DNA of 32,000 nt from Opitutales bacterium (GTDB taxonomy: Bacteria; Verrucomicrobiota; Verrucomicrobiia; Opitutales; PNEW01), in the NCBI GenBank assembly GCA_965219535.1, contig CBDCNV010000002.1, positions 1,530,001 through 1,562,000 of the forward strand, read 5' to 3'. Below the pieces are notes generated by a model. The model worked only from the letters and a program-made list of their open reading frames with translations. It did no database searches and was not told the DNA's origin. Below, piece by piece: positions 8,522 to 15,864 of the stretch. Each line of letters opens with the position of its first letter. Position 1 is the first letter of the stretch. Both the position numbers and the translations under genes were made by a program.

Positions 8522-8550
8522 ATCGCGTGAGGCGATTCGCCTCAAGCGAT
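8522..8550 (-). terminator. stem-loop overlapping the stop codon of 8542..9393; candidate intrinsic terminator
   Basis: atcgcgtgaggcg att cgcctcaagcgat: 13-bp stem with 1 mismatch. On the minus strand it contains ...ATC GCT TGA and is followed by a U-rich T-array transcript. Confidence 0.5.
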
Positions 8551-9393
8551 AACGGCTTCTTCGCCGAGGTGTTCGCGGATCCAGGATCGGAGGGGGACAT
8601 CTTCATCCTGTGGTGAAGTATAGCCAAAATTACCGGTGGGGGACGCACCAAATAATTGCTTACGAATGGGGTCGAGTTGATCCCAGTATTTATCGACCGT
8701 AATATCATCGCGGGGACGAATCCAGCGATAGCCATACCCATAGAATAAGGTTCTTCTCGGTTGGTTCCAATAATTGGCGCTCGAAGAGTGCCAGAGACGC
8801 CGATCAAAAAAGACAGCTGATCCAGCGGAAACTAAAACGGGTACGCCTTCCTCTAAATCAGTGCTTCGATCGTCATTCGGGAGGTTGATGTTTTTCCTGA
8901 GATGACTGCCCGGAATTACATATAAATTCCCGCGGTTGGGTTCACTGCAATCGGTGAGAAAGTAACCGATCTTGAAGGAGATGCGTGGTGGGGGGTCGGA
9001 TTCGATCTCTTTATTTATACGATCGCTGTCCTGATGCCACCCAAACTTTTTATCCCCCTTGTTTTCAGCCGTTTCGCACGGTGTCATAACGAAATGGTTA
9101 TGGTATAACTGAATATTCCAGCCCAGGATTCCCCAGACTTTTGGGAAGGTGCGGTACCAGTCGACAAGTTCGATATAAGCTTTATCTTTACCGATGAAAT
9201 CCATGAACAAAGACCTGTCGCCAGGCGCTGTACCTTTTTTTACACGGTGCGCGCTATCGAGACGATCGGTGAGCTCAATTAATTTCTCGATTTGGTCGGT
9301 ATCGATTACATTCTCGACAATGAAATACCCATCCTGTTCAAAAGCCAGGCGCTCAGCTTCAGTCAAACAGTAGTCTAAGCATTTGGTATCCAT
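8542..9393 (-). CDS. phytanoyl-CoA dioxygenase family protein (tandem copy 1 of 3)
   Basis: 283 aa. EQDGYFIVENV, WHQDSD (HxD), IPGSH, FFDRRLWHSSSAN motifs. Confidence 0.85.
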   Translation of the reverse strand: MDTKCLDYCLTEAERLAFEQDGYFIVENVIDTDQIEKLIELTDRLDSAHRVKKGTAPGDRSLFMDFIGKDKAYIELVDWYRTFPKVWGILGWNIQLYHNHFVMTPCETAENKGDKKFGWHQDSDRINKEIESDPPPRISFKIGYFLTDCSEPNRGNLYVIPGSHLRKNINLPNDDRSTDLEEGVPVLVSAGSAVFFDRRLWHSSSANYWNQPRRTLFYGYGYRWIRPRDDITVDKYWDQLDPIRKQLFGASPTGNFGYTSPQDEDVPLRSWIREHLGEEAVIA

Positions 9394-9405
9394 CTGCGAT
9401 GGATA

Positions 9406-9435
9406 GTCAAAATGTCAAAAGGTCAAAAAGTCAAG
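9406..9435 (+). repeat. K array: ~4 units, start-proximal to minus-strand gene 8542..9393
   Basis: gtcaaaat gtcaaaag gtcaaaaa gtcaag, 12 nt from the ATG at 9393. Confidence 0.95.
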
Positions 9436-9546
9436 AGCGCTAAAGCGCGTATACGCGAATATGCGATAATGCGGGTATGCGTAAATGCGGAGCATGTTCT
9501 GGAGTAAAGCGCTGGCGCGCGTTTTAGGTATTAGGTGACTTTTTAC

Positions 9547-9574
9547 TTAACACTTAACACCTAAAACTTAACAC
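9547..9574 (+). repeat. T array: 4 heptamers
   Basis: ttaacac ttaacac ctaaaac ttaacac. An inverted partial partner, gttttaggtattaggtg, lies at 9521-9537. Confidence 0.85.
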
Positions 9575-9603
9575 ATCGCTTGAGGCAATTTACCTCAAGC
9601 GAT
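9575..9603 (-). terminator. stem-loop overlapping the stop codon of 9595..10446
   Basis: atcgcttgagg caattta cctcaagcgat: perfect 11-bp stem. The TGA (minus strand) lies in the 5' arm. Confidence 0.5.
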
Positions 9604-10446
9604 AACCGCTTCTTCGCCGAGGTGTTCGCGGATCCAGGAGCGGAGGGGGACATCTTCATCTTTGGGGCTGGAATAGCCTCCACCTTCTGTTGCAGAACCG
9701 AATAACTGCTGACGAATCGGGTCCATTTCGGTGAAATCAACGGTCATATTATCGCGTGGTCGTATCCACCGGTAGCTATAGCCAAAAAATAAAACTTTTC
9801 GAGCATGTTCCCAGTAGTTCGCACTTGCCGAATGCCAAATGCGCCGATCGAAATAAACGGCTGAACCCGGAGGGACCAGAACAGGAATACTTCCTTCGAT
9901 TTCAATTTTTCGATCGTCATTGGGGAATTCGATATCTTTCTTCAGATGACTGCCGGGGATGAGATGAAAATTACCACGGCCCGGTTCGCTGCAATCGCTG
10001 AGAAAATAGCCGACCTTTAGAGAAAAACGGGGTTGTGGAAAAACGTTATCTATCTCTATGCACATACGTCCGCTATCTTGATGCCAGCCTAAAACCTTGA
10101 CTTGATTATCTTGTGATTCACGTGGGTAGGTGACATTGAGATGGGAATGATATAACTGGATATTCCAACCGAGTATTCCGAAGACTTTTGGAAAGGTGCG
10201 ATACCAGTCAACGAGGTCAATAAAGACTTTATCTTTACCGACAAAGTCACGAATAAAGAGGTTATTTCCATCGTTTATTAAATACCCTTCTTTTCCATGA
10301 TATTTGGCATCGATGCGATCGGTGGCTTCAATTAATTTTTCGACATGGTCTGGATCGAGCGCATTTTCGACAATAAAATACCCGTCTTGTTCAAAGGCTT
10401 TGCGCTCAGCCTCGGTTAAGCAGTGATCTAAGCTTTTTTTATCCAT
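9595..10446 (-). CDS. phytanoyl-CoA dioxygenase family protein (tandem copy 2 of 3)
   Basis: 283 aa, collinear with copies 1 and 3. WHQDSG, IPGSH, YFDRRIWHSASAN. Confidence 0.85.
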   Translation of the reverse strand: MDKKSLDHCLTEAERKAFEQDGYFIVENALDPDHVEKLIEATDRIDAKYHGKEGYLINDGNNLFIRDFVGKDKVFIDLVDWYRTFPKVFGILGWNIQLYHSHLNVTYPRESQDNQVKVLGWHQDSGRMCIEIDNVFPQPRFSLKVGYFLSDCSEPGRGNFHLIPGSHLKKDIEFPNDDRKIEIEGSIPVLVPPGSAVYFDRRIWHSASANYWEHARKVLFFGYSYRWIRPRDNMTVDFTEMDPIRQQLFGSATEGGGYSSPKDEDVPLRSWIREHLGEEAVIA

Positions 10447-10455
10447 CGATGGATA

Positions 10456-10488
10456 GTCAAAAGGTCAAAATGTCAAAAGGTCAAAAGG
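10456..10488 (+). repeat. K array: 4 units, start-proximal to minus-strand gene 9595..10446
   Basis: gtcaaaag gtcaaaat gtcaaaag gtcaaaag g, 9 nt from the ATG at 10446. Confidence 0.95.
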
Positions 10489-10568
10489 AAAGAGCGCTGG
10501 CGCGCGTATACGCGAATAAGCGATAATGCGGATACGCGTAAATGTGGAGCATATTCATCCCATTCTTA

Positions 10569-10605
10569 TTGTCATTGCGAGGAGCAACGCGACGCGGCAA
10601 TCCAG
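10569..10605 (+). repeat. half copy of the TTGTCATTGCGA...GGCAATCCAG element
   Basis: Identical to 8410-8446. Embedded in a ~114-nt block (10546-10659) that is ~96% identical to 8387-8500. Confidence 0.8.
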
Positions 10606-10652
10606 AAAGTTTTAATACTAAATCCGCGAACGGTGAACCCCGAACCATCAAC

Positions 10653-10680
10653 CTAACACCTAACACTTAAAACTTAACAC
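10653..10680 (+). repeat. T array: 4 heptamers
   Basis: ctaacac ctaacac ttaaaac ttaacac. Confidence 0.85.
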
Positions 10681-10709
10681 ATCGCTTGAGGCAATTTGCC
10701 TCAAGCGAT
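10681..10709 (-). terminator. stem-loop overlapping the stop codon of 10701..11555
   Basis: atcgcttgaggcaa t ttgcctcaagcgat: near-perfect 29-nt palindrome. The TGA (minus strand) lies in the 5' arm. Confidence 0.5.
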
Positions 10710-11555
10710 AATCGCTTCTTCACCGATGTGTTCACGGATCCAGGTGCGGAGGGGAACATCTTCATCTTTTGGGCTGGTATAGCCGCGTCCGCCGGTTACC
10801 GAAGCACCATACAACTGCTGGCGGATCGGGTCCATGCCGGTAAAATCAACGGTCATATTATCCCGCGGTCGTATCCACCGATAGCTATAACCATAAAATA
10901 AAACTTTGCGTGAATGTTCCCAGTAGTTCGCGCTTGCCGAATGCCAGATACGCCGGTCGAAATAAACGGCTGACCCCGGGGGTACCAGAACAGGAATACC
11001 TTCTTCAATTTCAATGCTTCGATCGTCATTGGGAAACTCAATATTTTTTTTCAAATGGCTGCCGGGGATAAGGTGGAAATTACCACGGCCCGGTTCGCTG
11101 CAATCACTCAAAAAGTACCCGACCTTAAGAGAAAAACGGGGTTGTGGAAAAACGTTATCTATCTCTTTACACATGCGATCGCTGTCCTGGTGCCAGCCTA
11201 AAAATTTGTCCTCTTTGTCTTGGGACTCACGCGTGTAGGTGACATTGAGATGGGAGTGATATAACTGAATGTTCCAACCGAGTATGCCGAATACTTTGGG
11301 AAAGGTGCGGTACCAGTCAACGAGGTCTATGTAGACTTTATCTTTACCGACAAAGTCATCAACAAAGAGGAACCCCCGCTCGGTTCTTACATAGCCTTCT
11401 TTTTTACTGTATTCGGCGTCGACGCGGTCTGTTGCTTCAATTAATTTTTCGACATGATCTGGATCGAGCGCGTTTTCGACAATAAAATATCCATCTTGCT
11501 CGAAGGCCTGACGCTCGGCCTCGGTTAAGCAGTGATCTAGGCTTTTAATATCCAT
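10701..11555 (-). CDS. phytanoyl-CoA dioxygenase family protein (tandem copy 3 of 3)
   Basis: 284 aa. The same motifs as copies 1 and 2. Confidence 0.85.
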   Translation of the reverse strand: MDIKSLDHCLTEAERQAFEQDGYFIVENALDPDHVEKLIEATDRVDAEYSKKEGYVRTERGFLFVDDFVGKDKVYIDLVDWYRTFPKVFGILGWNIQLYHSHLNVTYTRESQDKEDKFLGWHQDSDRMCKEIDNVFPQPRFSLKVGYFLSDCSEPGRGNFHLIPGSHLKKNIEFPNDDRSIEIEEGIPVLVPPGSAVYFDRRIWHSASANYWEHSRKVLFYGYSYRWIRPRDNMTVDFTGMDPIRQQLYGASVTGGRGYTSPKDEDVPLRTWIREHIGEEAIIA

Positions 11556-11567
11556 CGAAGATGGATA

Positions 11568-11597
11568 GTCAAAAAGTCAAAAGGTCAAAAAGTCAAT
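11568..11597 (+). repeat. K array: ~4 units, start-proximal to minus-strand gene 10701..11555
   Basis: gtcaaaaa gtcaaaag gtcaaaaa gtcaat, 12 nt from the ATG at 11555. Confidence 0.95.
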
Positions 11598-11600
11598 AGC

Positions 11601-11736
11601 GCTGGCGCGCGTATACGCGAATAAGCGGAAATGCGGAAATGCGGAAATGCGGAAATGTGGAAATGCGTGTATGCGGAAATGCGTGTATGCGGAAATGCGG
11701 TTAAGCGTAAATGCGCTGACGCGCGGATGTGCATTT
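11601..11736 (+). repeat. M array: 17 consecutive phased 8-mers of GCGNNNNN type (core GCGGAAAT)
   Basis: gctggcgc gcgtatac gcgaataa gcggaaat x4 gtggaaat gcgtgtat gcggaaat gcgtgtat gcggaaat gcggttaa gcgtaaat gcgctgac gcgcggat gtgcattt. Confidence 0.9.
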
Positions 11737-11764
11737 CAATAGGTCAATATGGATTATCGCGGAA

Positions 11765-11797
11765 CATTTTGACATTATGATATTTTGACCTTTTGAC
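11765..11797 (-). repeat. K' array: 4 units (one degenerate), start-proximal to 11807..12562
   Basis: cattttgac attatgat attttgac cttttgac. Ends 9 nt before the ATG at 11807. Confidence 0.9.
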
Positions 11798-11806
11798 TAA
11801 AGTCCA

Positions 11807-12562
11807 ATGAAAGTTATTGATTACAGAAGCAGTTTTACGATCAATACATCGGCCGACGAGGGTGGTGAGAATAACACCTGCCGAACTCAAGTTCTGGCGA
11901 AGTGTGCACTGAGAAATGATGACAGCGGTCAGTCGGGGGAATACTTCCTGGGGAAGGATTGTATAGGTGAATACATGTATAAGGAGAGAGGCATTGCACA
12001 GGAGCCGACAGCAAATGTAGGTGTAATATTTGGTGAAAAGGAATCCTCGTTATTTAAAAAATTTGCCAACCATGAAAGTGATGTCATTCAGACGGGTGCA
12101 CAGGGCGTTCGCAAAAAAACCTTTGCGGGAACCTTAGGCTACTCAAAAGAATTAAATTTCAAACTCAGCGAGGTGGAAGCGCGCCCATTAAAGTCAAGTG
12201 AAGAGATAATTCGCGCGACCCTGGATTGTGAACCGATGGTCGGGCGAACGATGTTAAACGATGAGGAGCGGAATTTGCATGCGGTCCTTGAATATCCACT
12301 CTACTACATGAACGTTCATCCACCCGAGGGACGTTTCCAAGTGGATGTCGGCCCGATACTCTATCCTGATTTTGACGTAAAGGGTGAGTCCCCGATCGAG
12401 TGTCTTAAGTTGGCTTATGTAATGTATAATCAATTGAATGCCGTCGAGTTTGCGATTCGCGTACCTACACTTGTCGTGGAAGGGCAATCCGCAGAAACGC
12501 TGCACTATTCAAAGGTCATCAAGGTAGCGGCGCAGTGCGAGTTGTTCAGTTTGGCTGTTTGA
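11807..12562 (+). CDS. hypothetical protein (no family recognised)
   Basis: 251-aa ORF. Bracketed by a K' array upstream and a K array downstream, like the recognisable genes. I cannot place it in a family. Confidence 0.6.
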   Translation: MKVIDYRSSFTINTSADEGGENNTCRTQVLAKCALRNDDSGQSGEYFLGKDCIGEYMYKERGIAQEPTANVGVIFGEKESSLFKKFANHESDVIQTGAQGVRKKTFAGTLGYSKELNFKLSEVEARPLKSSEEIIRATLDCEPMVGRTMLNDEERNLHAVLEYPLYYMNVHPPEGRFQVDVGPILYPDFDVKGESPIECLKLAYVMYNQLNAVEFAIRVPTLVVEGQSAETLHYSKVIKVAAQCELFSLAV

Positions 12563-12567
12563 GAGGA

Positions 12568-12591
12568 GTCAAAAGGTCAAAAGGTCAAAAA
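12568..12591 (+). repeat. K array: 3 units, stop-proximal to 11807..12562
   Basis: gtcaaaag gtcaaaag gtcaaaaa. Starts 5 nt after the TGA. Confidence 0.95.
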
Positions 12592-12673
12592 GGGGGGAGG
12601 AGGCTGGTAGACTGCTATTAATACTTGTTTACATTTTTTAGGTAGCACCGCTTGTACGCAAAAAACGCATATC

Positions 12674-12705
12674 CTTTTGACATTTTGACCTTTTGACATT
12701 TTGAC
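12674..12705 (-). repeat. K' array: 4 units, start-proximal to 12713..13189
   Basis: cttttgac attttgac cttttgac attttgac. Ends 7 nt before the ATG at 12713. Confidence 0.95.
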
Positions 12706-12712
12706 TGACCAC

Positions 12713-13189
12713 ATGAGTGGTCATAAACATTACTGGTTAATAAAATCGGACCCGGAGACGTTATCGTTTGATGAGGTCAAGGCGCGGCCGAATAGTATTA
12801 TTGACTGGAACGGGGTTCGCAATTACCAAGCGCGTAATTTTATGCGTGACGAGTTGAAAAAGGGAGACCGGGTTCTCTTCTATCACTCGCAGTGTAAAGA
12901 TACGGGAGTTGTCGGTTTGGCTGAAGTGGTGCGCGAATCTTATCCCGATCATACGGCCTGGGATAAGAAACATCGCTATTACGACCCGAAAACCGACAAG
13001 GATAATCCAATCTGGTACATGGTTGATTTAAAATGGAAGAAAGCCTTTAAGCAGACCGTGACATTGGCCGAGATGAAAGCGACGACCGCGCTGAAATCTA
13101 TGCGCGTCGTACAACGAGGTCAGCGATTGTCGGTACAGCCCGTGACAAAGAAAGATTTTGATCGGGTGTGTAAGATGGGGGGAGTTTAG
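12713..13189 (+). CDS. EVE domain (PUA-like, DUF55/THYN1-like) protein
   Basis: The track starts at a TTG (12701) inside the repeat. I prefer the in-frame ATG at 12713 (MSGHKHYWLIKSDPE...). WNGVRNYQARNFMRDELKKGDRVLFYHS and MVDLKW blocks are typical of EVE domains. Confidence 0.8.
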   Translation: MSGHKHYWLIKSDPETLSFDEVKARPNSIIDWNGVRNYQARNFMRDELKKGDRVLFYHSQCKDTGVVGLAEVVRESYPDHTAWDKKHRYYDPKTDKDNPIWYMVDLKWKKAFKQTVTLAEMKATTALKSMRVVQRGQRLSVQPVTKKDFDRVCKMGGV

Positions 13190-13220
13190 TCAAAAGGTCA
13201 AAAGGTCAAAAAGTCAAAAG
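13189..13220 (+). repeat. K array: 4 units, overlapping the last base of the TAG stop of 12713..13189
   Basis: gtcaaaag gtcaaaag gtcaaaaa gtcaaaag. Confidence 0.95.
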
Positions 13221-13242
13221 GTGTGGATTGAAGAAGCCTAAT

Positions 13243-13263
13243 GTCGAAGGTCGAAGGTCGAAT
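13243..13263 (+). repeat. (GTCGAAG)x3 heptamer array
   Basis: gtcgaag gtcgaag gtcgaat. Followed by phased 8-mers: gcgaaaat gcgtgaat gtggtgat gggggaat. Confidence 0.85.
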
Positions 13264-13304
13264 GCGAAAATGCGTGAATGTGGTGATGGGGGAATGCAGT
13301 AGCA

Positions 13305-13339
13305 GTGTTATGTTTTAGGTGTTAAGTTTTAGGTTTCGG
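13305..13339 (-). repeat. T' array (reverse complement of the T heptamers), 5 units
   Basis: gtgttat gttttag gtgttaa gttttag gtttcgg. Confidence 0.8.
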
Positions 13340-13371
13340 ATAATGGTGGATGAACTGAGGGGAGAGTAACT

Positions 13372-14487
13372 ATGAGAAAATTAGTGGGCTATCTTGAAGG
13401 GGTGTTGATTGCGGCGATGGGTGTGTTGTCGGGGAACTTTGGGCATGCATCGGCGATGACACAATCGACGCCGGTATTTGAAATGCAGGAGTTGTACGAA
13501 GGGATTCGGGGACCGAACATCGTGGTCGCTGCGGACGGATCAGTCCTGGCTTTTGCAAGATGGGGAGAGTTATTGCGTCGCAGTGAGGATAAAGGAAAAA
13601 CATGGAGTGCTGTTAAAGAGGTCGGAGTAGACTCGAGGGGCAGCGCAATCGTTGACGATAATCGTGGTCATGTCATGGTTGTTGATGGCAGAGGGGGCCA
13701 CTTGTGGAGAAGTCTCGATCATGGAAAAACGTGGAAAAGAGAAGAGGTCGAGTTCAAGCCCAACGGGAACGGTCACGGGATTCCCGGTAAGGTTCCAGTA
13801 GATACTGGCGCATCGGAGTCGGGGATCACGTTGCAATATGGAAAGCATAAAGGAAGACTGTTAATGCCCGGTAGGATTCAACCGCCCCATGGCACAAATG
13901 ATCAGGAGTGGTGGATGTACAATTACAACACCGCGATCTACAGCGACGATGGAGGCAAAACCTGGCAGACGGGAAGTCCGGTCCAGAGTGGAACGGGCGA
14001 GGGCACATTGGCTGAACTGTCGAACGGCAATATCTATTACAATTCCCGCTCTCATATGTCAGTCGATCACCGACGGCAGATTGCCTGGAGCTATGATGGG
14101 GGGCATATGTGGACGGACTGGCGTGTATCCACTCAACTTTTTGAGATCGGCCAACCGCACTATTTCAAGTATGGGAAAAAACCAAGTTACGGGTGCGCAG
14201 CGGGTCTGGTGCGCATGCCTTTGGAAATGACCGGTGGCAAGGACGTGCTATTGTACAGTGCGCCCGACGACCCGGGTGGTTCCCGTGTGCGCATGACAGT
14301 GTGGGCGAGTTTCGATCAGGGTGAAACATGGCCGGTAAAACGCCTCGTTTACGAAGGGCATAGTGCCTACTCTTCACTGTCAGCAGGTAGAGACGGTAAT
14401 GTTTACCTGCTATTCGAGTGGGGAAAGGATAAACTCTACGAAAGTATATACGTGGCAAAATTCAATCTCGACTGGCTTAAAGAGTGA
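13372..14487 (+). CDS. BNR-repeat exo-alpha-sialidase-like (GH33-like) secreted protein, tandem copy 1 of 3
   Basis: 371 aa. It has a signal-peptide-like N-terminus and Asp-boxes RSEDKGKTWS, RSLDHGKTWK, YSDDGGKTWQ, SYDGGHMWTD and SFDQGETWP. There are Arg/Glu/Tyr positions consistent with a sialidase fold (IRGPN, EGTLAEL..YYNSRS, AYSSL). SD-like gaggggagag lies upstream. Confidence 0.75.
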   Translation: MRKLVGYLEGVLIAAMGVLSGNFGHASAMTQSTPVFEMQELYEGIRGPNIVVAADGSVLAFARWGELLRRSEDKGKTWSAVKEVGVDSRGSAIVDDNRGHVMVVDGRGGHLWRSLDHGKTWKREEVEFKPNGNGHGIPGKVPVDTGASESGITLQYGKHKGRLLMPGRIQPPHGTNDQEWWMYNYNTAIYSDDGGKTWQTGSPVQSGTGEGTLAELSNGNIYYNSRSHMSVDHRRQIAWSYDGGHMWTDWRVSTQLFEIGQPHYFKYGKKPSYGCAAGLVRMPLEMTGGKDVLLYSAPDDPGGSRVRMTVWASFDQGETWPVKRLVYEGHSAYSSLSAGRDGNVYLLFEWGKDKLYESIYVAKFNLDWLKE

Positions 14488-14617
14488 ACGAGTGATTAAT
14501 GGAAGATTTAAAAACAGTGTTAATTTTTAGGTTTTACATTTGTTGAAGATCAAGAATGTGATTAAGAGGATAAAGGTGAATAGGTATAGGCGTGAAAACG
14601 ATATTAGGAAAAGGATC

Positions 14618-15751
14618 ATGATAAAAGCAGAAGTTATTTTCAGACGGGTAATTATTGCAGCAGTTTTGGTATGGATAGGAAATTCTAGTTATGCCGCGGC
14701 TAATAAACAATCATCGGCCGAGTTTGAGATGCAGGAGCTATTTAAATTGATGCGCGGACCAAACATCGTGGTAGCTGTCGATGGATCAGTTCTGGCTTTC
14801 GGAGATTGGGGCCAGATGCTACGTCGCAGTGAAGACGGGGGAAAAACCTGGAGCAAAGCACAAAGAATCCTGGAGGAGGTGGTAGATGATACCCGGGTCA
14901 GTGCGATTGTCGACGAAAACAATGGCCATGTCATGGTCGTTGATGGTATTAGTGGTAACTTGTGGAGAAGTCTCGATCACGGGAAAAGCTGGGAGAGAGA
15001 GAAAATCATATTCAGGTCCAATGCCCTTGGTCACGGAATTCCCGGTAAGATTTCGACAGAAACGGGCGGCTCTGAGTCGGGAATTACGCTGCGTTATGGA
15101 AAGCATAAAGGCAGACTGGTGATGCCTGTACGGGTCAATCCTCCCAGCAATAGCAACGACCAGGAGTCGTGGATGTACTTTTACAATACGGCTATCTACA
15201 GTGACAATGGTGGCAGATCCTGGAAGACGGCAGGACCGGTGCAGAATGGGACCGGTGAGGGTACTTTAGCTGAAATGTCGGATGGCGCCATTTACTACAA
15301 TTCACGTTCCCATATGGCAATCGATCACCGGAGGCAGATCGCCTGGAGCTATGATGGTGGACACATGTGGACAGACTGGAAGTCATCTAAAGATCTCTTG
15401 GAAGTCGGCGAACCACACTTCTTCCGGTATGGGAAAAAACCGAGCTACGGATGTGCAGCGGGTCTGGTACGCCTGCCATTAGAATTGACCGATGGCAAGG
15501 ATGTGCTCCTATATAGCGCTCCCGACAATCCAGGTGGGATACGCAAACGCATGACAGTATGGGCGAGCTTTGACCGGGGCGAGACCTGGCCGGTGAAGCG
15601 ACTGGTTTACGAAGGGCTCAGTTCCTATTCTTCGCTCACGGCAGACAGTGATGGTAATATATATCTGCTCTTCGAGTGGGGAAAGGATTATCTATACGAA
15701 AGTATATATATGGCTAAATTTAACCTCGAATGGGTGATGGAGAATCAGTGA
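14618..15751 (+). CDS. BNR-repeat sialidase-like protein, tandem copy 2 of 3
   Basis: The track ORF starts at 14540. I prefer the ATG at 14618 (MIKAEVIFRRVIIAAVLV..., aligns with the copy 1 signal peptide, aggaaaagga upstream). Confidence 0.75.
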   Translation: MIKAEVIFRRVIIAAVLVWIGNSSYAAANKQSSAEFEMQELFKLMRGPNIVVAVDGSVLAFGDWGQMLRRSEDGGKTWSKAQRILEEVVDDTRVSAIVDENNGHVMVVDGISGNLWRSLDHGKSWEREKIIFRSNALGHGIPGKISTETGGSESGITLRYGKHKGRLVMPVRVNPPSNSNDQESWMYFYNTAIYSDNGGRSWKTAGPVQNGTGEGTLAEMSDGAIYYNSRSHMAIDHRRQIAWSYDGGHMWTDWKSSKDLLEVGEPHFFRYGKKPSYGCAAGLVRLPLELTDGKDVLLYSAPDNPGGIRKRMTVWASFDRGETWPVKRLVYEGLSSYSSLTADSDGNIYLLFEWGKDYLYESIYMAKFNLEWVMENQ

Positions 15752-15864
15752 ACGGTGATAAGTGAACCGTGTCAGGCGTTAAGTATTAGGTTTTAGTTTT
15801 GTTGAAGGTGAGGAATGTGAGTATCAAAATAAGGATGGACGGGTATTGGCGTGTAAACGATAGT

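Noticed and set aside
8231-8807. ORFs 8231..8497 (+) and 8316..8807 (-), and similar repeat-spanning ORFs 10481..10666, 10686..10901, 25157..25348, 31159..31362
   Set aside because: They run through K/M/T arrays, palindromic elements or the GACGAA array, or overlap real genes out of frame. Their low-complexity translations are repeat artefacts.
3986-11799. TA target-site duplications flanking K...K' elements (mariner/Correia-like MITE signature)
   Set aside because: TA|GTCAAAAG...CTTTTGAC|TA is seen at only some elements (about 3986-4992 and 11566-11799, and TAAGTC...GACTTA at 593-731). The other termini differ, and the A before GTC may simply belong to the unit. The evidence is too weak to call.
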